Assembly: GCA_905235605.1 (NCBI GenBank)
Contig: CAJOMF010000012.1
Span: forward strand, 1-57,992
Source: an uncultured bacterium
GTDB lineage: Bacteria > UBP6 > UBA1177
Length of the DNA stretch: 57,992 nucleotides
Direction: 5' to 3'
Positions 1 to 9,679 of the stretch are shown here, one piece after another. The position numbers and the translations under genes are program-made. The notes beneath the pieces are model-generated. The model saw nothing but the letters and a program-made list of their open reading frames with translations. It was not told the DNA's origin and ran no database searches. Within the stretch, counting starts at the first letter, position 1; each line of letters starts with the position of its first letter.

Positions 1-2
1 AC

Positions 3-704
3 ATGCCCCGGGCGCAGGTGGTTGCCAGCGAATATGCCGCCTATGTGTTCACGCGACCAGGTGCCTATAAAACCATGCGTGAGCTCAATACGTGTCGTGC
101 GCAGGAAAAAGGTGAAGGCGACCATTACGTGGATGTCTATGACAATATTCCTGTGCACGTGGTGGTAAAAGACGGCGACACCTTCATGGTGGGCAATATG
201 GAATTCCAGGCTATTTCGGCGGTGGGGCATACGAAGTGCTGCATGGCTTATTGGTGCGCACACGAAGGCTTGCTTGTGTCCACAGAAACGGCAGGGGTGC
301 CCTGCGTAAGCATCCCTCAAAGCGTTGCCGTGCCTGACGACGTGCACTACATGATTGACCTTATCGAACTCATTAGCTTCCGCAGTGCGCTCGAGCATAT
401 TGAACGTCTGCGCGAACTTCCCACGCGCGTGTATGTTTCACCGCATTATGGCGTGCTTGTAGGTGCCGAAATTGACGACATGTGGGTTTCGGAGGGTTTC
501 TGGGCGGATTTCATTCGCGACTTTGTGGTGGGTAGGTACGAACAAGGTCAATCGGTTGAGGAAATTATTGCTGCCTACAAGGATATTTTTTACTGGGGTG
601 GTACGTCACCCTATCAACCCGAAGCGGCCTTCGACATTAATGTGTCCTATGCCATTCCTACCATCATCCGCGACTACTGTGGTGAAGAAAAAAGCAGCTC
701 GTAG
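3..704 (+). CDS. MBL-fold metallo-hydrolase, 5'-partial
   Basis: GHTKCCMAY and SPHYG motifs typical of the C-terminal half of metallo-beta-lactamase-fold proteins; the N-terminal HxHxDH motif would lie upstream of the window. Confidence 0.65.
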   Translation: MPRAQVVASEYAAYVFTRPGAYKTMRELNTCRAQEKGEGDHYVDVYDNIPVHVVVKDGDTFMVGNMEFQAISAVGHTKCCMAYWCAHEGLLVSTETAGVPCVSIPQSVAVPDDVHYMIDLIELISFRSALEHIERLRELPTRVYVSPHYGVLVGAEIDDMWVSEGFWADFIRDFVVGRYEQGQSVEEIIAAYKDIFYWGGTSPYQPEAAFDINVSYAIPTIIRDYCGEEKSSS

Positions 705-719
705 TGGTTGTAAGAATAT

Positions 720-1109
720 ATGGGGTCTTTTTCTGACAAAGTATTTGATGCGGTGAAGCAGATTCCCCGTGGCTACGTGACCACTTATGGTGACATCGCG
801 CGCGTTATTGGCAGCCCACGTTCAGCGCGCTATGTGGGTTGGGCCCTGCGCAACAATCCCAGCCCTTCTACAACAGCAACGCCCGAAGATGCCATTCCGT
901 GCCACCGCGTAGTGTTTAAGGACGGGCAGATTTGCGACAATTTTGCCTTTGGTGGGGTAGAGGTGCAGCGCCGTATGCTGCAGGACGAAGGCGTGATTTT
1001 TACGGACAACATGCATGTGGATATGAACCGCTGCCACTTTGCCTTCGTCACAGATACCCTTGGTCGTCCGACCGACATCGATTGGATCGTCGAATTTGGC
1101 GAAGACTAG
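720..1109 (+). CDS. MGMT/Ogt-family methylated-DNA-protein-cysteine methyltransferase (single domain)
   Basis: IPRGYVTTYGDIA, SARYVGWAL and active-site IPCHRVV motifs. Confidence 0.9.
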   Translation: MGSFSDKVFDAVKQIPRGYVTTYGDIARVIGSPRSARYVGWALRNNPSPSTTATPEDAIPCHRVVFKDGQICDNFAFGGVEVQRRMLQDEGVIFTDNMHVDMNRCHFAFVTDTLGRPTDIDWIVEFGED

Positions 1110-1143
1110 CTTTTAAATAGCTGGCTTCAGTAAGATTGGGCTG

Positions 1144-1488
1144 TTAACCGAGTGCGAGTGGTGAATTCCCTGCAAGCATCATCGGGACAATGTTGAAGAC
1201 GATGCTAAAGACGATGCCAACAACGGCGCCAATAATGGCAAAGCGTGCACGTTGGGGATTCTTTTTCCACCAGATAAGATAAAAGATTAAGCCGATAATG
1301 GGAATGAGAAAACTAATAACGCCGATGATAATAGAACTCATTTGGATGGCCGCATGAGTGCCAGCAACATTCCCAGCTTGGAAGGTCTGACCTTCTTCTG
1401 CCACCTCGTTATTCAGCGCTGCACCGCAGGAGGGGCAGGCTGCTAAACCTTCAGGAATGGGTTCTCCGCATGCTGCGCATTGTGTCAT
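1144..1488 (-). CDS. Zinc-ribbon domain membrane protein
   Basis: CAAC...CPSC N-terminus and two hydrophobic helices; AAAGGAAG RBS precedes the ATG at 1488. Confidence 0.7.
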   Translation of the reverse strand: MTQCAACGEPIPEGLAACPSCGAALNNEVAEEGQTFQAGNVAGTHAAIQMSSIIIGVISFLIPIIGLIFYLIWWKKNPQRARFAIIGAVVGIVFSIVFNIVPMMLAGNSPLALG

Positions 1489-1832
1489 GGAGCTTCCTTT
1501 CTCGTATTTATGAACGCGCAAATTGTATCACGACAGGTTTACGCAAACAGCTTTTCAGTCAATAGCTTACTCTTAATGAGCTGACGACAAAGGCTCCTCG
1601 GCAGGGGCACGCGGCAATTCAAGGTGCATCTTCCCCGCTTCAAGCACCCGTCTGAACTGCGGTTTTCCGTTCTCCCTCTTATATGCTCGCTTACCTAATA
1701 AATAACGTGCATTAATTGAAAGTGTGTGTATAATGCAATAGGATTATGGCTTTTCATAATCTGAGCAGTGTTTCAACAAAGTGGTTTGTTGACGGTGAAT
1801 ACAACGGGACTAGGTTCAAAAGGAGGATACCT

Positions 1833-3260
1833 ATGTATGCACTGATCGCTTTTATCCCGCTTGTTGTAGTTGTCGTGTTGATGATTGCATTCAACTGGCC
1901 AGCTACGCGAGCACTACCCTTGGCGTGGGCGCTGTCGCTCATTATCGCCGGGATTTTTTGGCAGCTGGGTCCTGTCGATATGACGGGTCTCACGCTGAGA
2001 GGCTTCTTGGACGCCTTCACAACCTTGTTTATCATTTTTGGCGCTATCTTAATTATGAACACGCTTTCCGCGTCTGGCGCCATGAGTGCTATCAACGGTT
2101 TGTTTAAGGGCGTGTCCAAGGACGCTCGTATCTTGGCAGTCTTGATCGGCTTCCTGTTTGGTGCCTTTATTGAAGGTGCTGCAGGTTTTGGTACGCCGGC
2201 CGCCCTGGCTGCACCGTTGCTGATTAGCGTTGGCTTCCCGCCGCTAGCTGCTGCGGTTGTCGCACTCATCTGCAATTCAACGCCAGTTTGCTTTGGTGCT
2301 GTGGGTACTCCGACCAACACGGCATTTGCCACAGTTAAGGATGCGGTTGTCGACGGTGGCGCGAGCCCCGATCAGTGGCTGATGGCCCTGACCCAGTGGT
2401 CCGCTTTTAACCTGACCGTTGGTTCGTTCTTTATGCTTATCATTTGCGTTGGTTTGATGTGCAAGGTGTTCGGTCCGAACAAGCGCTTCGGCGACGTTGT
2501 TCCTGTAATTCCGTTTATCATCTTTGTACTCATCGTATTCAATATTATCTATCTGCTTATTGCTACTTTCATTGGTCCCGAACTCGTATCCCTGGTTGCT
2601 GGTGTTATCACCCTGTTTGTTGGTTTGGCTGTAGCTCGTGCTGGATTCCTTCAGCCGAAGGAAATCTGGACCTTTGCAGAGAAGAGCCAGTGGGAAGAAG
2701 CCTGGCTGGCCAAGTCTGAAGTTTCGGAACCTAAGGTTTCCGACATGAACATCATCATGGCCTTCATGCCTTACTTCATCATTATTCTCGTGCTGGTTGG
2801 TACGCGTGTATGCCAGAATGTTGGTATGGAATGGGCAAACGCCATGAGGGCCTTCACCATTGGTACTGGTGAAAGCGGTATCATCCTTGGCCAAAACTGG
2901 AACTGGGCAGTTCTGTGGAGCCCTGGTCTGATCTTCGTCCTTACTGCCCTGCTTGTCATTCCAATGCATGGCATGAACGGTGGCGAAGTTAAGCAGGCCT
3001 GGATTAACTCCCTCAAGCAGGTTAAGGGCGCCGCTATCGCTCTGTTCTTTGGCGTTGCCATGGTTAACATCTTCCGTTACACCGGCATGACCAATCCCGA
3101 CCTCGTTCTTGTTGACGGTCTGGGCGCGGGCGCTTCCATGCTTACGGTTATGGCTAAGGGTCTGGCCGACCTGTTCCAGGGTGCGTACGTTATCGTTGCT
3201 CCGCTCATCGGCGCTGCACTTGCAGCATGCATCTGGAACTTCCTTTCGAAAGAGAACTAA
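1833..3260 (+). CDS. lctP: L-lactate permease, C-terminally truncated/chimeric
   Basis: [19 protein letters not shown] and [13 protein letters not shown] LctP motifs; AGGAGG RBS before ATG 1833; the conserved GSNT..SN C-terminal segment is absent and replaced after APLIG by an aquaporin-like tail. Confidence 0.85.
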   Translation: MYALIAFIPLVVVVVLMIAFNWPATRALPLAWALSLIIAGIFWQLGPVDMTGLTLRGFLDAFTTLFIIFGAILIMNTLSASGAMSAINGLFKGVSKDARILAVLIGFLFGAFIEGAAGFGTPAALAAPLLISVGFPPLAAAVVALICNSTPVCFGAVGTPTNTAFATVKDAVVDGGASPDQWLMALTQWSAFNLTVGSFFMLIICVGLMCKVFGPNKRFGDVVPVIPFIIFVLIVFNIIYLLIATFIGPELVSLVAGVITLFVGLAVARAGFLQPKEIWTFAEKSQWEEAWLAKSEVSEPKVSDMNIIMAFMPYFIIILVLVGTRVCQNVGMEWANAMRAFTIGTGESGIILGQNWNWAVLWSPGLIFVLTALLVIPMHGMNGGEVKQAWINSLKQVKGAAIALFFGVAMVNIFRYTGMTNPDLVLVDGLGAGASMLTVMAKGLADLFQGAYVIVAPLIGAALAACIWNFLSKEN

Positions 3261-3303
3261 ATTCTTATAAGCAGAATCACTATTTAAATTTTTTCCTTTA
3301 CGC

Positions 3304-3331
3304 TTGACATAGATTTTCATTATGATATTTT
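3304..3331 (+). promoter_or_regulatory. Putative sigma70 promoter of the arcE-like gene
   Basis: TTGACA-16 bp-TATTTT with extended -10 TG. Confidence 0.45.
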
Positions 3332-3336
3332 CCAGC

Positions 3337-3376
3337 GCCGTTGACTGTGTCCGGCCGCCGTTGACCTTGTCCGGCC
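3337..3376. repeat. 20-bp tandem direct repeat in the leader of the arcE-like gene
   Basis: GCCGTTGACTGTGTCCGGCC / GCCGTTGACCTTGTCCGGCC, 18/20 identical. Confidence 0.9.
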
Positions 3377-3410
3377 ATATTTTTAATAACTTAACATTTG
3401 GAGGATTCAA

Positions 3411-4766
3411 ATGACAAAGAAGAAAGTTCTCATCATGGGTGCTGCCGGTAGAGATTTCCACAACTTCAACACCTATTTCAGACACAATCCTGAGTACGAA
3501 GTAGTTGCTTTCACGGCTACGCAGATTCCCGACATTACAGGAAGAAAGTATCCGAAAGAGCTCGCAGGCGAAGACCTTTACCCGAACGGTATTCCGATTT
3601 ATGACGAGACCGAACTTCCGAGACTTGTAAAGGAACTCGGCGTTGAAATCTGTGTATTCGCATACAGCGACATCCACTACCCGATAGTTATGAACAAGAG
3701 CGCGCTCGTCAACTCACTCGGCGCAGACTTTGTTCTTATGGGCTATGACAAGACGAAGATCAAATCATGCAAACCGATCATCTCGATCTGCGCTGTCAGA
3801 ACGGGCTGCGGCAAAAGCCAGACCACAAGATTCATCTATGATATTTTCAAGAAAATGGGCAAAAAGGTCGTTGCTGTTCGTCACCCGATGCCTTACGATC
3901 CAGACCTCAACAAACAGGCTGTTCAGCGCTTCGCGAAGATCGAAGACCTCAAAGCCAACAACTGCACCATCGAAGAAATGGAAGAGTACGAGCCGCACAT
4001 TGCTGCAGGCAACGTAATCTATGCAGGCGTTGACTACGAAGCTATCCTTCGTCAGGCTGAAAAAGATATCGACGGCGAACCCGATGTCATCCTCTGGGAC
4101 GGCGGAAACAACGATTTCCCGTTCTATGATTCAGACCTCAAGATCGTTGTCGTAGATCCTCTCCGTCCGGGTCACGAATGCTCATACTATCCCGGTGAAG
4201 TCAATGTCCTTATGGCTGACGTTATCGTCATCAACAAGATGGACAGCGCAACTCCGGAAGATATCGAAACAGTTAAGGCAAACTGCAAGAGACTTGCTCC
4301 GAACGCAGTCATTATCGAAGCTGACTCCGAACTTACCGTTGACGGCGACATCAAAGGAAAGAGAGTCCTCGTTGTTGAAGACGGCCCGACACTCACCCAC
4401 GGCGGCATGAAGATCGGTGCTGCAAGCGTAGCAGCTAAGAGATTCGGCGTTAAAGAAATGGTCGACCCGAAACCGGCAGCTGTAGGAAAAATCGCTTTCA
4501 CCTACAGAAAGTATCCGAACATCGGCGAAGGTATCCTTCCGGCTATGGGATACGGCGAAGAGCAGATGAAAGACCTTGAGACCACGATCAACGCTATCGA
4601 TGCTGACCTCGTTCTCAGCGGTACCCCGATCGATCTCGGCAGAGTCGTAAAAGTCAACAAACCGATCGTACGCGTCGGCTACGAACTTGCTCCGAGAGGA
4701 AACGGTGCAGAAATGCTCAAAGAAGCTGTTGAAAAACTTTTCAAATGCAAAGGCTGCTGCAAATAG
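3411..4766 (+). CDS. arcE: COG2403 P-loop NTPase, probable arginine synthetase ArcE (often annotated GTPase or cyclic 2,3-DPG synthase)
   Basis: MGAAGRDFHNFN N-terminus, Walker A RTGCGKS, EEMEEYEPH, WDGGNND and VEDGPTLTHGGM motifs; sits directly upstream of carbamate kinase. Confidence 0.75.
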   Translation: MTKKKVLIMGAAGRDFHNFNTYFRHNPEYEVVAFTATQIPDITGRKYPKELAGEDLYPNGIPIYDETELPRLVKELGVEICVFAYSDIHYPIVMNKSALVNSLGADFVLMGYDKTKIKSCKPIISICAVRTGCGKSQTTRFIYDIFKKMGKKVVAVRHPMPYDPDLNKQAVQRFAKIEDLKANNCTIEEMEEYEPHIAAGNVIYAGVDYEAILRQAEKDIDGEPDVILWDGGNNDFPFYDSDLKIVVVDPLRPGHECSYYPGEVNVLMADVIVINKMDSATPEDIETVKANCKRLAPNAVIIEADSELTVDGDIKGKRVLVVEDGPTLTHGGMKIGAASVAAKRFGVKEMVDPKPAAVGKIAFTYRKYPNIGEGILPAMGYGEEQMKDLETTINAIDADLVLSGTPIDLGRVVKVNKPIVRVGYELAPRGNGAEMLKEAVEKLFKCKGCCK

Positions 4767-4787
4767 TTTTTTGTAACTGATTTTTTT

Positions 4788-4821
4788 AAAGAGGGGGCGC
4801 TTGTCCCCTCTTTCTTTTTTT
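4788..4821 (+). terminator. Intrinsic terminator between arcE and arcC
   Basis: AAAGAGGGGG-cgcttg-TCCCCTCTTT hairpin followed by a T tract. Confidence 0.7.
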
Positions 4822-4833
4822 GATGGAGTTTTT

Positions 4834-5772
4834 ATGAAAATAGTGATCGCGCTCGGCGGCAATGCCTTGATAAAACCGGGAGACAAAGGAACTGTCGAAG
4901 ATCAGGAAAGGAACATCCGCGCTTCAATGGACGGCATCGTGAAACTTATAAAGGACGGACATCAGGTCGTAATCACCCACGGAAACGGCCCTCAGGCGGG
5001 AGCGAGACTCATCCGCAACGAGATGGCCGAGACCGAAGTTTATCCCGATCCGCTCGTAGTATGCGTCGCAGACACACAGGGCAGCATGGGATATATGATC
5101 GAGCAGGGGCTTATGAACTGCCTCAGCAAAGCGGGATCCCGCGCAAAGGTCGCGACTTTGGTCACTCAGATCGAAGTCAACCCGCTAGATCCGGCATTCA
5201 AAAAACCGACAAAACCGGTCGGTCCTTTCTACAATCAGCAGAAAGCCCTGATGAAGATGAAAAACGGCTGGAAAATGGTCGAAGACAGCGGCCGCGGCTA
5301 CCGCAGGGTCGTTCCATCGCCCATGCCTCTCAGAGTCCTCAATCCGGAAGCCATGAACACCCTTATCGACGCAGGTTTCACCGTCATTACAGGCGGCGGC
5401 GGCGGAATTCCGGTATATCGCAGCAGGGACAAATCGGGTTATCAAGGGATCGACGCTGTTATCGACAAAGACTTGGCAAGCGTAATGATCGCGCAGACGA
5501 TCGATGCCGACATGGTCGTGATCCTCACCGGCGTTGAAAAAGTCGCGGTAAACTTCAAGTCCGACAAACCGACATGGCTGGATACTATGACTTCCGCAGA
5601 AGCCGAAAAGTATCTGGCACAGGGCGAATTTCCGGCAGGAAGCATGGGACCGAAGATAAAAGCGGCGATAGATTTCGTTAAAAACGACCGTGATAAAGTC
5701 GTTATCATCACTTCCGAAGACAAACTTACCGACGCAATGGAAGGCAAAACCGGAACAAGAATAGTCCATTAA
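4834..5772 (+). CDS. arcC: Carbamate kinase
   Basis: ALGGNAL, THGNGPQ, PTKPVGPFY, GYRRVVPSP, GGGGIPV, AVIDKD and GSMGPK motifs. Confidence 0.95.
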   Translation: MKIVIALGGNALIKPGDKGTVEDQERNIRASMDGIVKLIKDGHQVVITHGNGPQAGARLIRNEMAETEVYPDPLVVCVADTQGSMGYMIEQGLMNCLSKAGSRAKVATLVTQIEVNPLDPAFKKPTKPVGPFYNQQKALMKMKNGWKMVEDSGRGYRRVVPSPMPLRVLNPEAMNTLIDAGFTVITGGGGGIPVYRSRDKSGYQGIDAVIDKDLASVMIAQTIDADMVVILTGVEKVAVNFKSDKPTWLDTMTSAEAEKYLAQGEFPAGSMGPKIKAAIDFVKNDRDKVVIITSEDKLTDAMEGKTGTRIVH

Positions 5773-5789
5773 CAGATTTTGGTATTGGT

Positions 5790-6095
5790 ATGAAAAAAAT
5801 TGTCATTATTTCAATAATTATCGCAGCCGCAGTGGCGATTTTTGCGGTCGTTGCCGGGAAGAATGATGCTTTTAATCCGGTAGAAGCTGAAAATCCGGCT
5901 GTTGAAAAGAAAAATGAATCCGAAAATCTGAAAAAGGATATCAAAGTGCCGGTCAGAGCGATAAAAATGCAGAAAATCAAGCTCATTGACAAAGAAAAAT
6001 TCAAGGAAAACCTTAAAAAAATGAAAGAAAAACAGGGCAAAAATCCAGATAATGCCCCGGATTTTCAAAAAAAAGGTGAAAGCTGCGGCGAATAG
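5790..6095 (+). CDS. Small exported/membrane-anchored Lys-rich hypothetical protein
   Basis: MKK plus hydrophobic N-terminal segment; follows arcC. Confidence 0.6.
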   Translation: MKKIVIISIIIAAAVAIFAVVAGKNDAFNPVEAENPAVEKKNESENLKKDIKVPVRAIKMQKIKLIDKEKFKENLKKMKEKQGKNPDNAPDFQKKGESCGE

Positions 6096-6100
6096 CTGCC

Positions 6101-7690
6101 TCACATTCCGCTAACCATCAGAATTGCCTGTGATTTCAAAAATCTCACAGCCTCGTCGGAAATGTCGGCGATGCTTACCCAAAGTTCCCTTTTTCCGCCG
6201 TTTCTGATCATTTTCTTATGTGAAATGAACTCGGAGTAACCGATGTGGTTCTTGAGGAAAATATTTATGTCCGGCCATGCGTAATTGTTTCTGTTTTCCG
6301 ATCTGAAGCGGGATACGAATATCGAAGTCGAAGCCGAAAGATACGACGGAGCTTCTTCGGAATCGCTGTATGCCAGAGGGTGGAGCAGGATCTCCAGTTT
6401 CGGAAAGATTTTTTCGAGAACATCTTTCATTACGGGGTCTGAAACGACGATGCCCTTTAATTTTTCAACAGAGGCGATGTCATCGAAATCCTTTTCCACC
6501 AGATTCCCCGCAATGTAAATATAGTCGGAAAAACCTCTGGGAATATTGCGGTTGTAGATGAAAACGCACCGTTCGACGTTCTTGCTTTTGAAAGCGGCAA
6601 ATTTTTTGATGTCGTCTGAAATCAGGGTGATTTTTGCCCTTTCCGAGTATTTTCTGAAAGTTTTCTTCTTTTCCGGAGCATTCTCTTCTTTTGCCGGAGC
6701 CGGAAGCACTTCCTGAAGCGGCAGAGTGTAGATATGATGACGTGCTTTTTTGAGAAAGTCCTTTTCCTCTTCAGTATATCTGCAGATCATCAGAACTGAT
6801 TTGTAACCGCCTGAAATTTCAGCACAAAGCTTGGTGTTGTCGACTTTTCTCACATTTTTGGCATCGATCCATTTTCCTTTGTAGAAAGCGCCCGAATAGC
6901 CATAAAACCCGAGAAGGTCTTTGTCGAACATGACCGAAGAATTTTTGTCGAGAAGGAAAGAGTATGTCCTGCAGTCCTTTGTTTTCCCCGGTTTAAGTAT
7001 CTCCACTCCGACCGGATAGCGGTAATTCCATGATCTCTCAAGGATTTTGTCTCTGGCACATGCTGTTTTTACTTCCGGGAAAAAGGTCTTTTCCGAAAAA
7101 AGGAGAAACGGTGCATCGTTCGGCGCCTGGAGGTCGGGCTTCATTGAGACCGGGAATTCGAGTCCGGGTTTCGCCGTACTTTTCTCGCGGCAGCGGTTGT
7201 CGCAGTTGAAGCAGTGCTGCGGAACGCTTTTTCTCGAAAGGCAGAGCCCGAATTCTGCGATGCACGCCTTGTCTGAAACAAAATAAACCGGTTCCAGACC
7301 GTTCTCTTTCGCGAGTTTGAAATCAGCTTTTCCGCTGACAACGGGTATGACCGCTGAATCTTTGAAAAAATCAGGAAACGAGATCATCCTGAAATTTGAA
7401 AAAAGTGCGATCTTCCCGGTAAATCCGGCTTCACGCAGAGGTTTTACGATCGATGAATCAGTTAGAAAGACATAATCGAAAACGGCGCAATGCTGTAAAA
7501 AAAGATCAATGGGATAAGAATTTTTCTCGTAAAATACGGCTGTTACCGATTTTTTGCGCTTCAGCGAGGCAATAATGCGGTTAAATGTCTCAAACTCGTC
7601 AAAAAACGGAATTACAGGAATACCGTCGGGAATATTCTGCCGAAGATTGAATATCTGTTCGGGAAACCGGATAAAGTAGAAGTGTTCCAA
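6101..7690 (-). CDS. Hypothetical protein, possibly a divergent U32-family (RlhA/TrhP-like) protein
   Basis: 529-aa ORF with Cys cluster CIAEFGLC...CFNCDNRCR followed by SMKPD, resembling the U32 Fe-S motif; start uncertain (TTG). Confidence 0.5.
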   Translation of the reverse strand: MEHFYFIRFPEQIFNLRQNIPDGIPVIPFFDEFETFNRIIASLKRKKSVTAVFYEKNSYPIDLFLQHCAVFDYVFLTDSSIVKPLREAGFTGKIALFSNFRMISFPDFFKDSAVIPVVSGKADFKLAKENGLEPVYFVSDKACIAEFGLCLSRKSVPQHCFNCDNRCREKSTAKPGLEFPVSMKPDLQAPNDAPFLLFSEKTFFPEVKTACARDKILERSWNYRYPVGVEILKPGKTKDCRTYSFLLDKNSSVMFDKDLLGFYGYSGAFYKGKWIDAKNVRKVDNTKLCAEISGGYKSVLMICRYTEEEKDFLKKARHHIYTLPLQEVLPAPAKEENAPEKKKTFRKYSERAKITLISDDIKKFAAFKSKNVERCVFIYNRNIPRGFSDYIYIAGNLVEKDFDDIASVEKLKGIVVSDPVMKDVLEKIFPKLEILLHPLAYSDSEEAPSYLSASTSIFVSRFRSENRNNYAWPDINIFLKNHIGYSEFISHKKMIRNGGKRELWVSIADISDEAVRFLKSQAILMVSGM

Positions 7691-7701
7691 AATTCAGAAA
7701 C

Positions 7702-7944
7702 TTATTTCTTTTTGCCGGCTGCTCTTTTCGAAGCCTTAAGAGGATTGAGCTTCTTCGTAACAACTTTGACTTCTCTCTTTACATGGGAAGCGAAAGAGCA
7801 AACCTGATCATTTTCCCAATGAAATGAAGGATCTGCATATTTTTTGCAGAAGCTGCCTGCCTCTGTAGCTTCAACTTTGTCGCAGCCTTCGCAACGTTCG
7901 TCAACCGGAAGTTTTACTATTTTGTCGAAATCTTTGTTAGCCAT
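7702..7944 (-). CDS. PxxKW-family cysteine-rich protein
   Basis: CEGC...FC..Y.DP..HW....CSFASHV...KKLNPLKASKR pattern; GGAGG RBS before ATG 7944. Confidence 0.8.
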   Translation of the reverse strand: MANKDFDKIVKLPVDERCEGCDKVEATEAGSFCKKYADPSFHWENDQVCSFASHVKREVKVVTKKLNPLKASKRAAGKKK

Positions 7945-8076
7945 TTTTATACCCTCCAAAATGGTTAGAACCAAAAAACCGCGACAGCATATTCAAAAAC
8001 TCGGAAATGTCAATATAATTTGGTTGTTTTAGATGAAAAACGCTGTATAATGTCCCGTTTTTTGTAATTTGTTAAG

Positions 8077-8457
8077 GTGAAAAACATGAGAAAGATTTTT
8101 ATTTTGCTTGCATGTGCAATGATTTCACTGCTGCTTTCAGCGGAAGATGTGAAGAAAAGCGAACGGTTTTATTTTTTCTATTCAGATTCCTGTCCTCACT
8201 GCCACGAGGCGATGCCGTTTGTGGACGAGTTGGAAAAAGAGTTCCCGAATATTGAATTTAAAAGGCTTGAACTTTCCAAAGCGCCTGAAAATATGGCGAT
8301 TTTCAATAAAAAAGTTGAAAAACTGGGAATCAAGGGCGGCGGAGTTCCGACTTTTGTTTTCAGAGACCAGTATATTGTCGGTTTCAAAAAGGGTGTTTAC
8401 GAGGAAAAAATCCGCGCGATGATCGGAAAAACGGCCCGAAAGCCGGTCAAGGAATAA
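8077..8457 (+). CDS. Exported thioredoxin/glutaredoxin-like protein
   Basis: Signal peptide, CPHC and GVPTF...IVGF motifs; start may be ATG 8086. Confidence 0.85.
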   Translation: MKNMRKIFILLACAMISLLLSAEDVKKSERFYFFYSDSCPHCHEAMPFVDELEKEFPNIEFKRLELSKAPENMAIFNKKVEKLGIKGGGVPTFVFRDQYIVGFKKGVYEEKIRAMIGKTARKPVKE

Positions 8458-8535
8458 ATTCCGCTCTTTTTTTGTTAAAAAAATGTTTTTGGCTATGATT
8501 GCCGGATTTTTTGTTCCATAACTTTGGGGGTTTTT

Positions 8536-9678
8536 ATGAAAAAATTTTTCCTGCTCGCTCTTCTGGCACTTTTTTCATTCGCTGTTTCGGCTCAGGAAGT
8601 GCAGAAAGACAATGTTTTTTACTTCTTTTATTCGTATAAGTGTCCGCACTGCCACGAGGCGCAGCCTTTTATCGAGGCGATCGAGCATGAGTACACCGAT
8701 ATAACTTTCAAAAAACTTGAAGTGTTGAAAGTGCCTGAAAACATGTCGCTTTTCAGGAAAATGACTCAAGAACTCGGTATTCAGGGCGGCGGAGTTCCGA
8801 CATTCATTTTCAACGGAAAATTCATCGTCGGTTTCCAGGCCGGGCATCACGATGCGCTCATCCGCGAAATGATAGAAATGAACAAGGCAGACGGCGAATC
8901 GTGCGGAGAGCAGTGCCAGGAGTGCAAGGAAAACGTGATCGATGTCCCCGTTCTTGGCAAAATAGATGCGCAGCTCGTCAAACTTCCGAGTTTTACTTTC
9001 ATAATCGGGCTTCTCGACGGCGTGAATCCGTGTGCGATGTGGGTCCTGATGTTCCTTCTCACCCTTCTTGTTGCCGCGAAAAACAGGAAAAAAGTCATCA
9101 TAATAGGCACGGTTTTCGTTCTTTCGTCGGGTGTCGTCTACTTTCTTTTCATGACAGCCTGGCTCAACATTTTCACGTTCATGGGGATGACGACCTACGT
9201 TACGATCGCACTCGGTGTCGTCGCGCTCATCATGGGACTTATCAACATGAAGGAGTTTTTCTTCTTCAAAAAAGGAGTCAGCCTGATGATCCCCGACAAA
9301 GTGAAACCTAAACTTTTCGAGAAAATGAGGCGTGTCATCAACAACAAAAGTATGTTTTTATCGATCCTGGGCACTATTGCGCTTGCGTTTTTCGTAAATC
9401 TTATCGAGCTCGGCTGCACTATCGGACTGCCCGCGATTTACACGAGAGTCCTTTCGATCCAGAATGTTTCGACTTTGAAAAAATATCTCTTTATGGCTCT
9501 TTACAATGTTTACTATGTTGTTCCGCTTGCAATAATCGTTCTGATTTTCGTAGTCACGATGGGCAAGCACAGATTCGAGGAAAAACACGCGAAAAAACTC
9601 AAACTCGTGAGCGGACTTCTGATGCTCACGCTCGGTCTCATTTTGATCATCAAACCTGATCTTTTAGTTTTTTCTTAA
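8536..9678 (+). CDS. Thioredoxin domain fused to a CcdA/DsbD-like transmembrane domain
   Basis: CPHC domain, then DGVNPCAMWVL and ELGCTIGLP membrane Cys motifs with ~6 TM helices. Confidence 0.85.
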   Translation: MKKFFLLALLALFSFAVSAQEVQKDNVFYFFYSYKCPHCHEAQPFIEAIEHEYTDITFKKLEVLKVPENMSLFRKMTQELGIQGGGVPTFIFNGKFIVGFQAGHHDALIREMIEMNKADGESCGEQCQECKENVIDVPVLGKIDAQLVKLPSFTFIIGLLDGVNPCAMWVLMFLLTLLVAAKNRKKVIIIGTVFVLSSGVVYFLFMTAWLNIFTFMGMTTYVTIALGVVALIMGLINMKEFFFFKKGVSLMIPDKVKPKLFEKMRRVINNKSMFLSILGTIALAFFVNLIELGCTIGLPAIYTRVLSIQNVSTLKKYLFMALYNVYYVVPLAIIVLIFVVTMGKHRFEEKHAKKLKLVSGLLMLTLGLILIIKPDLLVFS

Positions 9679-9679
9679 T

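Noticed and set aside
1742-1792. Two small inverted repeats upstream of lctP (GATTATG/CATAATC and TCAACAAA/TTTGTTGA)
   Set aside because: Plausible operators or leader hairpins, but the arms are short and no regulator or RNA family could be assigned
2277-3677. 466-aa minus-strand ORF
   Set aside because: Antisense shadow of lctP and arcE with no motifs, and it crosses the suspected chimeric junction
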